Source: a virus
Lineage: Duplodnaviria > Caudoviricetes
Reading direction: 5' to 3' (one strand)
IMG/VR virus record: IMGVR_UViG_3300028887_000067
Location: 64,001-128,000 of that record
Length of the DNA: 64,000 bases
Shown: positions 57,305 to 64,000 of the stretch, in pieces
Layout of the letters: the number at the start of each line of letters is the position of its first letter
Position numbering within the stretch: position 1 is the first letter of the stretch
Notes under the pieces: generated by a model
Told to the model about the DNA's origin: nothing
Databases searched by the model: none
What the model saw: the letters and a program-made list of their open reading frames with translations, nothing else
Program-made: the position numbers and the translations under genes

Positions 57305-60268
57305 ATGCCCGTAACGAATGAATCAGTGACCAAGAACGTGAGGCCGATGTACAGGTCGGTCTACCACGACACGGCGAACGACCGCATGTACATATGGTAC
57401 GTGGACGGCTCGTTTGACGCGGTTCCGGTCAAGCACCAGTTCTACACGACGCAAAAGGGGCAGTACGACGCCATAGAGTGCGGGATGAAGAACATCTGGG
57501 GCGAGGAGGTCTACAGGGTAGACGTTCCGAAACGATCCGGTCTCTCCGCGTACGAATTTGAAAAACGAATCAAGCAGGAGCACGAGGGGTCAGACAACAA
57601 CCTCGCCGAGATTGATATCGACCCGAGATGCCGATTCCTGCAGTCTCACTACGCCGACACGGGCATGATGCACCCGAACATGGATGACATCAACCTGTGC
57701 TTTATGGATATCGAGAACGCCACGACCGGCCGATTCTCCGCGCCCCTAGAGGCCTTGTACCCAATTAACGTCGTCACGCTTTCTTTTTCCAAGGACAAAC
57801 GACGATACACGTTCGGCCTGAAGCGGGATATCGACGACGAGACCAAAGAATTTTTCCGATCCAAGAACTGTACCTATACAATCTGTTCCGACGAGGCCGA
57901 CCTTATATCGAAGGTAATGTATTGTATCGGGTCCAACGACGTGGACATTCTGTCCGGTTGGAATTTCGAGTACGATACCGTTTACATGGCCACGCGCATA
58001 AAGAAGCTCAACGAGAACCTTCCGCGTTCCAGCCAGCTATCGCTTGACCTTATGTCGAGGATGCGCGGTCAGAACAAGCACGCGTATATCAATAAGGAAA
58101 ACCAGCTAGTCATCAACGGCACCGAGGTCATTGACTTCCTCGCGCTGTACAAGAAGTATACGTTTTCCGAAGAATCTTCCTACAAGCTTGACTATATCGG
58201 TGGCAAGGTCGCCGGACAGCATAAGGCCCCGCTTCCCGACGGCTACCAGTCGTGGATTAATCACTGGTCCATGTATGTGAAGTACAACTTCATCGACGTC
58301 GAAATTCTGGAAATGCTCAACGAGAACACCCAGATGTTCCGGCTCGCCGTCACGTCGTCTGCCGCTGCACGTGTCCCGTTTTCTTTCGTATTCGCTTCCA
58401 AGAAGATGCTGACCGGCTTCATGCTGGACCACCTGCATCATACAAATCGCGTTTTTCCTCCCTATCGTACCCAGCACAAGGAAGAGTTTCCTGGTGCGTT
58501 CGTGTATTCCGTCCCCGGCTACAAGGAATATCTAGTATCGTACGACTACCGGTCGCTATACCCGTCGATTATGATGACTTTCAATACGTCGCCCGAGATG
58601 AAGGTGACGTTCCCGATAGACTACGTCCTTACCGACGAAGAGCGGGAGAACCTTATCAAGAGTCCGTGGGACCATAACGGCAAGTATCAGGTGTATTACA
58701 GGAAGGACCGCGTCGGCGTTGTTCCCGAAGTGACTAGGTTGCTGTTCGATGGCCGTTCGGAACTCAAGAAGCAGATGAAGAAGGCCAAGAAAGCCGGCAA
58801 CAAGGAACAGGCGGCTGTCTTCGACATGATGCAGAAGGTGTACAAGGTTCTAGGAAACTCTCTCTACGGCCTGCTCGGTTCCGAACATTTTGCCCTATAC
58901 GATGTTGACAATGCGGCGTCCATTACGGCATACGGCCAGCGTCTCATCAAGTTCACCATCGAGTGCCTCGCCGAGTACATCAACAACGACCTGAGCACGG
59001 ACGACCGGTTCTACAACGTGTTCGGTTATCGTCCCGAAATCGACCCGAAGATGGTCGGCACGTTCGAAGATTCCGAAGGCGAGGTAAACTATCGCCGTAT
59101 GAGCCATGGCGATACCGACTCGTTCTTCGTCCACTTTGGCGATATTTACGAGCCGTTCCGGCAACGGCAGGGCACGGGTACGTCGGTATTCGTGTTCAAG
59201 AAGAACGAGATGATTACAAAGAAGGAGTTCGATTCGGAGCACGAACTTGACTCGAAGAAGTTCTTTAACAAGATGTGCCTCGAGTACGGGGGCGACTCGT
59301 GGCGGTCGGCCGATATGAGGACTCCGGACGAAAAGACCGGATTTACCAAGTGTCAGATCACGTTCGCCGACGGCATATATTTCTCTGGCGAGTACAGGGT
59401 TATTTACAACCGATACCGGCTCACCGACTTCTGCAGAATCCTCGACGCGTGTATCCTTGAGGAGGAGCTGGACAAGTATATGCTGGCCTATGCCAACAAG
59501 TGGAACTACCTCACCAATGAGCTGTTCCTCAAGCGGGAAAAGTGCATATACAAGGCCATCGTTACCGCAAAAAAGAAATACATCTGCCTGGTCGAGAGTA
59601 TGGAAGACATCGTGTATCTCGACCAAGGACACAAGGATGACGAGGGCAAGTGGGTCAAGGGCGACCTGTCAGTCAAGCCGGAATATGCGATTACCGGTCT
59701 CGAACTCGTGCGCAGCTCCACAGCCATGTTCGGTCGCGACCGTATGATGGAAATGGTGAACTTGATGATGGACGGTCTCGACCGCAACAAGGTCCGCGCC
59801 CGCCTCCTAGAGATGAAGAAGGAATTCTTCGATGCCGTTAATGAGGGCAACATCAACTATATCGCCTGTCCGAGCGGTGTCAAGACTTGTCCGCCCCCGT
59901 TCGAAGTCCTCGAGAAGATGACGACTGAGCAAAAGCTCGAGAACAAGTATGAATGGCGATGCCAGGGAGCGTCCGTCTGGAATTACCTGATCCTGCATGA
60001 CCCGGAACTATCGAAGCATACCTATGAGCCGGTTGCCGCCGGTTCGAAGATCAGATTCATCAAGAAGGCCGACAACCTGTTCGGCGTGTCGATTATCTGC
60101 TACACCGGTGATGAATGCCCGAAAAGGTTACTTGAGATATTCCATCCCGACTGGGAGGAACATTGGAAGACCAGCGTTGCACAGATTCTCGGACGACTTT
60201 TTGATGCAGTCGGTTGGGACGAACAGCTCGAATATGACGAAAGCGATTTTATAATGGATTACCTATGA
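57305..60268 (+). CDS. Family B DNA polymerase (gp43-like)
   Basis: Exo motifs DIE / GWNFEYD / YNFID; DYRSLYPS, KVLGNSLYG, HGDTDS, KKKY. ATG 57305 follows GAGGA. Confidence 0.96.
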   Translation: MPVTNESVTKNVRPMYRSVYHDTANDRMYIWYVDGSFDAVPVKHQFYTTQKGQYDAIECGMKNIWGEEVYRVDVPKRSGLSAYEFEKRIKQEHEGSDNNLAEIDIDPRCRFLQSHYADTGMMHPNMDDINLCFMDIENATTGRFSAPLEALYPINVVTLSFSKDKRRYTFGLKRDIDDETKEFFRSKNCTYTICSDEADLISKVMYCIGSNDVDILSGWNFEYDTVYMATRIKKLNENLPRSSQLSLDLMSRMRGQNKHAYINKENQLVINGTEVIDFLALYKKYTFSEESSYKLDYIGGKVAGQHKAPLPDGYQSWINHWSMYVKYNFIDVEILEMLNENTQMFRLAVTSSAAARVPFSFVFASKKMLTGFMLDHLHHTNRVFPPYRTQHKEEFPGAFVYSVPGYKEYLVSYDYRSLYPSIMMTFNTSPEMKVTFPIDYVLTDEERENLIKSPWDHNGKYQVYYRKDRVGVVPEVTRLLFDGRSELKKQMKKAKKAGNKEQAAVFDMMQKVYKVLGNSLYGLLGSEHFALYDVDNAASITAYGQRLIKFTIECLAEYINNDLSTDDRFYNVFGYRPEIDPKMVGTFEDSEGEVNYRRMSHGDTDSFFVHFGDIYEPFRQRQGTGTSVFVFKKNEMITKKEFDSEHELDSKKFFNKMCLEYGGDSWRSADMRTPDEKTGFTKCQITFADGIYFSGEYRVIYNRYRLTDFCRILDACILEEELDKYMLAYANKWNYLTNELFLKREKCIYKAIVTAKKKYICLVESMEDIVYLDQGHKDDEGKWVKGDLSVKPEYAITGLELVRSSTAMFGRDRMMEMVNLMMDGLDRNKVRARLLEMKKEFFDAVNEGNINYIACPSGVKTCPPPFEVLEKMTTEQKLENKYEWRCQGASVWNYLILHDPELSKHTYEPVAAGSKIRFIKKADNLFGVSIICYTGDECPKRLLEIFHPDWEEHWKTSVAQILGRLFDAVGWDEQLEYDESDFIMDYL

Positions 60269-60735
60269 TTAAGTTTCTGAAGAAAATAATTGAAAAGATT
60301 GCGCTAGTGCCGGTGTGTTGGCGGAACCGGCGCATCGTCGCGAAGTACCCGTTCCTAAAGTGTTATTCGGCAGATCCCGACGATTTCAGTTGGACCCAGC
60401 TGGACTACCTGCCCGTGGGCTGGCGACGTGTCGTCCTTGATTACATGAAACGACTGCGCGACATTCTTGTCAAGCACAACGAGCTTTACAATTTCAAGAT
60501 TGTCGAGGTCAAGGAAAAGTGGGGAGTCGCGTGTATCTATCATGCTGGCCTGTACAGCGGAGAATGCGACAACGAGGTCGACGTACTGATGGCCGAACTG
60601 TCGAGGGAGACTTCGAAGATATGTTGCTACTGCGGAAAACCCGCCACCGTGCATTCCGTTGGCTACATTCTTCCATTCTGCGACAGGTGCGCACGGAAGA
60701 CGAAGTTCAAGGTGAAACCTCTTTCAGAGAACTAG
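60265..60735 (+). CDS. Conserved phage hypothetical protein (KEKWG motif, CxxC...CxxC)
   Basis: EVKEKWG, ICCYCG and FCDRC. Confidence 0.75.
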   Translation: MIKFLKKIIEKIALVPVCWRNRRIVAKYPFLKCYSADPDDFSWTQLDYLPVGWRRVVLDYMKRLRDILVKHNELYNFKIVEVKEKWGVACIYHAGLYSGECDNEVDVLMAELSRETSKICCYCGKPATVHSVGYILPFCDRCARKTKFKVKPLSEN

Positions 60736-61052
60736 GAGCCAGCCGTGGCAGTGTCAGCAGAGACGTTTTCGGGGAACTGGTTGCCCATGATTCCGAGGGA
60801 TGTGCGCCCAGCTTCCGGATGCAGTGCCGATTTCGCACCCTGCTTCGCCGCGTGCGACTTCGCTAGGATTTCGTCGGAAACCGTCTGTTTGTCGAAGTAT
60901 TCGTTCTCGTCGAGCTCGTCGGTGCAACAACCCGGCTGTGGGATCGCTTGCGGGGGGTTGACGTCGGAACAGACCTGCTCGTACAGCTTCTTTGCGGCAT
61001 GGCCACTTGCGCGGTCGATACTAGAAACAAAATCATAAAACACATTAGACAT
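60732..61052 (-). CDS. Small late protein antisense within the polymerase-clamp loader run
   Basis: 106 aa exactly filling the gap; TAATAAACT at 61059-61067. Confidence 0.6.
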   Translation of the reverse strand: MSNVFYDFVSSIDRASGHAAKKLYEQVCSDVNPPQAIPQPGCCTDELDENEYFDKQTVSDEILAKSHAAKQGAKSALHPEAGRTSLGIMGNQFPENVSADTATAGS

Positions 61053-61066
61053 ACTAGGAGTTTATT

Positions 61067-62104
61067 ATGGTAAATCTGGGAAATTTCGAAGATGAAGATG
61101 GCATCGGAGCTGCCGTCAAGAAAAACGAGCCATGGACTAAGAAGTACGCGGCTCACGACCTTGATGGGCTTGTGTTGCCTAGCGAGATTCGCGACGAGAT
61201 CGAGTTCGCGATGAAGGAGAACAGCTTTACCGATTATATCTTCCATTCCGGTGCTCCGGGCACCGGCAAGTCCTCTCTGGCAAAGGTCATCCCCGAGATG
61301 CTGGGGGTCGACTACAAGTTCTTCAAGTGTACGAAGGATGCCGAAATCATGGCCGACATCGAGGAGTTCATCATGTACGGCTCCAGCGACGGCAAGCCGA
61401 GATTCATTATTATCGACGAGGCCGATAAGCCGAAGGACGCGGACAGAATGTTCCGCTTCCTGCAGGCGACCATTTCCGAGGACACCCGTACCGTCAGGTT
61501 CATCCTCACGATGAACGATTTCCATCGTATGCCCGACGCGATGATTTCCCGTTGCCACGCGATCGAGTTCGTCGTCCCGTCTCTCGAGGAGAGCGACTAC
61601 AAGAACAGACTTTACGCCCACCTGATGAAGATAGCGAAGGCGGAAACCGAACCGTACGGCGGCATCGTCGAGAAGAATACAATCATCAGCCTTATCAAGC
61701 AGTACTTTCCTGATATCCGTCAGATGATTGTCTGCATGCAGTCCATCTTTAACCGGAACAAGGGAAGCATTAAGGGTGACCTTCCGCAGGTCAGCGGTGA
61801 CCTCATCAAGACCATCTACGATATGACCATTAATTGCCAGCATCTCGACCTTTATCACTACATCACGGCCAATGTGAAGTTCCCGCGAAGCATCTACAGC
61901 CCGTTCGGCCGTTATTTCGTGGATCACATCACGGAGAAGTTCTCCCCGTCCATCCTGATTCCGTTTGGTATCAAGCTGGCTGATTACCAGGACAAGGCCT
62001 CCCATTCCGTGGACCAGATGTTCAACCTCTGGGGATTCTTGCTCAACCTGATGCAGATTCTCCAGACGGCCAAGAAAGAGGCTGCCAATGGCGTTCGACC
62101 ATAA
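61067..62104 (+). CDS. Clamp loader AAA+ subunit (gp44/RFC-like)
   Basis: PWTKKY, GAPGTGKS, IDEAD, SRC and FPDIR motifs. Confidence 0.93.
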   Translation: MVNLGNFEDEDGIGAAVKKNEPWTKKYAAHDLDGLVLPSEIRDEIEFAMKENSFTDYIFHSGAPGTGKSSLAKVIPEMLGVDYKFFKCTKDAEIMADIEEFIMYGSSDGKPRFIIIDEADKPKDADRMFRFLQATISEDTRTVRFILTMNDFHRMPDAMISRCHAIEFVVPSLEESDYKNRLYAHLMKIAKAETEPYGGIVEKNTIISLIKQYFPDIRQMIVCMQSIFNRNKGSIKGDLPQVSGDLIKTIYDMTINCQHLDLYHYITANVKFPRSIYSPFGRYFVDHITEKFSPSILIPFGIKLADYQDKASHSVDQMFNLWGFLLNLMQILQTAKKEAANGVRP

Positions 62105-62525
62105 AAAATTCATTATGGACAGGGTCGCCGGAAACCCGGTGACGGCGGCAGATATTGTCGATTTCGACACGTTCGCCGCCATATACACGCTTTCTATGAC
62201 GCCTGCCCTGACGAACATTGCCAACGCCCTGAACACCATCGAGTTCACGAAGCTGCCCAAGCACGTCCAGGCGAAGGTGTTCGAGGGGTTCAACAAGATG
62301 CCCATCAGCGACGGGTACATACGCGCCTACCCTTCGGAAATCAATGCCGTGAACGAGCGGCGCGAGCTTATCATGGACACCTACGACGTGTCGATGACCG
62401 AGGCCGACATGCTTTACCGATACGGCCTTGTCGACATGAAGCTCCTGAAGGAGTATCACGACTACCGTTTCGAGGGCATCTTGCCGAAGACGAAGCGCAC
62501 CACGAAGGTGAAGAAGGAAAAATAG
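62088..62525 (+). CDS. Probable clamp loader partner subunit (gp62-like)
   Basis: Directly after gp44. LSM...ANALN and LIMDTYDVSMTEA match the gp62 pattern. Confidence 0.6.
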   Translation: MAFDHKKFIMDRVAGNPVTAADIVDFDTFAAIYTLSMTPALTNIANALNTIEFTKLPKHVQAKVFEGFNKMPISDGYIRAYPSEINAVNERRELIMDTYDVSMTEADMLYRYGLVDMKLLKEYHDYRFEGILPKTKRTTKVKKEK

Positions 62526-62526
62526 G

Positions 62527-62769
62527 ATGGCTAACTGGACGAAGACAAGCGATTCCGTGCCGGCCCACCGGAACGCAGTCGCTATATTTCCTCCGTGGCA
62601 GGGGCATGAGTTTGCCTGTTGGAACGAGTATGAACAATGCTGGGACGGCGATGACGGCGACGATTTCTTGTGCCACAAGAGTGCCGTGTTCTGCTGGTAC
62701 GAAATTCCCGAGGTTCCGGCCGAACTGAAGGCCGAATATTCAGCAGGCGATATATGCCCGAAGACATAA
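62527..62769 (+). CDS. Small DUF551-like phage protein
   Basis: NWTKTSDSVP...VFCWYEIPEVP pattern. Confidence 0.6.
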   Translation: MANWTKTSDSVPAHRNAVAIFPPWQGHEFACWNEYEQCWDGDDGDDFLCHKSAVFCWYEIPEVPAELKAEYSAGDICPKT

Positions 62770-62972
62770 AGCTAGTGATGGATACGTTTCATGTCGACGA
62801 GGAAAAGGCGCGGATGATGATTGACGCAGGCCTGAATGTCGACTATATGAAAAACGGCTTCAAGGAAACCATTGAAGCCGAAACGAATCTTGGTGACAAG
62901 CTGAAAACTATGGATGAGTCCGTCCGGTCATCACTTGAGCAGGCTGCCAAGTTTGAGAAGGACTTTGAATAG
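62754..62972 (+). CDS. Small hypothetical protein
   Basis: 72 aa from ATG 62754. Confidence 0.5.
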   Translation: MPEDIKLVMDTFHVDEEKARMMIDAGLNVDYMKNGFKETIEAETNLGDKLKTMDESVRSSLEQAAKFEKDFE

Positions 62973-63797
62973 GTTCTGGGCGTCGCCTTCGCCCCCTTCG
63001 TCGGATTCCGGTTCGGCAGGCCTGTAGTTCCCGTCTTCGTCCAGTTCGATTGCCCCCTGTGCGTCGACGTCGCCGGCCACGTCCAGCTTTTCGGTGGCAT
63101 CTTCCGTATTTTCCTCGTTTGGCTCCATTTCGGGGGTCTTTTCTTCTTTCTTGCCCGTCCCGTCGTCGACGAACGGGCTTTCCTTTTCCTCTTCCTCGCC
63201 TTCCATCTTCAGCGCGGATTCGGCGTAGCGCTCGAACAGGTCGAGGAGTTGTAGATTCTTTTCCTGCCCCTCGAAGGCGCCTTCCCCTGCGGCGAAGTCG
63301 TACAGGTGCTCGGCCACGGTCTTCCCGTCAAGGTCCCGCTCGTACCAGGCGTTGCCCGGTTCGGTATTTTCGGTATCGCCCGGGACGGTGACGGCGTTGT
63401 AGTTCATGTCCTTTTGGAGAAGCTGCCGGAGGAAGTCGTAGTCTATCATTTCCGTCATACGGCCCAGTGCGGCGTCCACGAGGCACTTCAGAACGCAGTC
63501 GTCATTGGAGTCTTTGGCGGTGAGCACGATTGGGTCGATCATCAGGAGCTCGGGAAGCTTGTGGGCGGCCCAGATGTGTAGCTGTGTAGTCCAGTCTCGG
63601 TCGGAAGTGCGGAGAGGCTGTACGAACTGCATCGGGAACTTCAGCAGGGCACGCCTCGCGTCGGGCGATATGAGCTGAGCTTTCTTGTTCATGCTCGTCT
63701 GGAACGACTCGATGACGGCCCGGTCGTCCGGACGGGCAGCCTTGAGCTCGTTCAACTTGAAGTTCATAATCCTGTAAAAATTCGCCGTTTCCGCCAT
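62931..63797 (-). CDS. Late protein with ankyrin-like repeats and acidic tail
   Basis: DRDWTTQLHIWAA, KDSNDDCVL, RDLDGKTVAE; GATAAACT at 63828-63835. Confidence 0.5.
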   Translation of the reverse strand: MAETANFYRIMNFKLNELKAARPDDRAVIESFQTSMNKKAQLISPDARRALLKFPMQFVQPLRTSDRDWTTQLHIWAAHKLPELLMIDPIVLTAKDSNDDCVLKCLVDAALGRMTEMIDYDFLRQLLQKDMNYNAVTVPGDTENTEPGNAWYERDLDGKTVAEHLYDFAAGEGAFEGQEKNLQLLDLFERYAESALKMEGEEEEKESPFVDDGTGKKEEKTPEMEPNEENTEDATEKLDVAGDVDAQGAIELDEDGNYRPAEPESDEGGEGDAQNLFKVLLKLGSLLK

Positions 63798-63827
63798 GTC
63801 GGAGCCGTATGGGTACTTGCTAACCGC

Positions 63828-63873
63828 AGTTTATCGGTTTTTGAGCGAAAAAAACGTGACCACTCCATAAACT
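63828..63873. promoter_or_regulatory. Divergent pair of late-type promoters
   Basis: GATAAACT (-) and CATAAACT (+). Confidence 0.7.
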
Positions 63874-63905
63874 TTGATGAAACAAACGTACCATGAGGTA
63901 TAAAT

Positions 63906-64000
63906 ATGGGAACTAAGATGGGTTTTCCGCCTGGTGTACGCATCCAGCTGAGGGACAACTCCGCATACTCGGTGGAAACGAGTCCGTTTACTACCGCCGG
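63906..64000 (+). CDS. Tail sheath protein, N-terminus (truncated by window)
   Basis: MGTKMGFPPGVRIQLRDNSAYSVETSPFTTA resembles the PGVxxxExDxS sheath N-terminus. GAGG RBS; CATAAACT at 63866-63873. Confidence 0.65.
   Translation, partial: MGTKMGFPPGVRIQLRDNSAYSVETSPFTTA

Noticed and set aside
59160-59420. Possible intein in PolB
   Set aside because: No Cys/Ser start with His-Asn end, and no LAGLIDADG motif.
309-62320. Long opposite-strand ORFs (e.g. 2984-4237, 2707-3888, 16777-18141, 27670-28899, 42569-43795, 44323-45546, 60863-62320)
   Set aside because: They are antisense shadows of motif-supported genes, expected from biased codon usage. They have no RBS, promoter or recognisable motifs.
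1-64000. Stop-codon reassignment
   Set aside because: Core genes are full length in the standard code and end in TAA, TAG and TGA.
1-64000. tRNA/rRNA genes, introns, homing endonucleases, integrase
   Set aside because: None recognised by eye. Intergenic gaps are short and mostly explained by promoters and terminators. tRNAscan-SE and Infernal would confirm.
1-64000. Host assignment from codon style
   Set aside because: Cannot be supported without database or spacer matches.

Overview
A 64-kb fragment of a large, T4-related myophage ('jumbo-like') genome in the standard genetic code, with about 48 real CDSs. I saw no tRNA, rRNA, CRISPR array or transposase. It holds a nearly complete T4-type replication/recombination set: gp46, RNase H, UvsW, UvsX, gp41, gp32, gp61, gp45, family B polymerase and gp44/gp62. 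These genes are interleaved with late/virion genes: two M15-peptidase-domain proteins, a gp25 fusion, many acidic proteins rich in putative prohead-protease sites, a 1994-aa orphan and the start of a tail sheath gene. Three promoter-like motifs can be read directly from the DNA. (i) A late-type motif (T/A/G/C)ATAAACT lies before nearly every virion-type gene. (ii) A sigma70-like promoter carrying a TTTG-N5-CAAA dyad lies before seven transcription units, six of them core replication/recombination units. (iii) A TGATRTARTTT motif lies before five accessory genes. The most unusual elements are a family-A/T7-RNAP-like (TV-Pol-like) polymerase gene that shares the replication promoter and follows a hairpin- and G-run-rich non-coding region, and an endonuclease V cassette flanked by direct repeats. 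Also notable are two different sliding-clamp-like genes, an HTH-array protein fused to a degenerate glycosyltransferase, and a shared 5'-UTR motif on uvsX and gp32. All product calls come from motif recognition by eye; no database searches were run.
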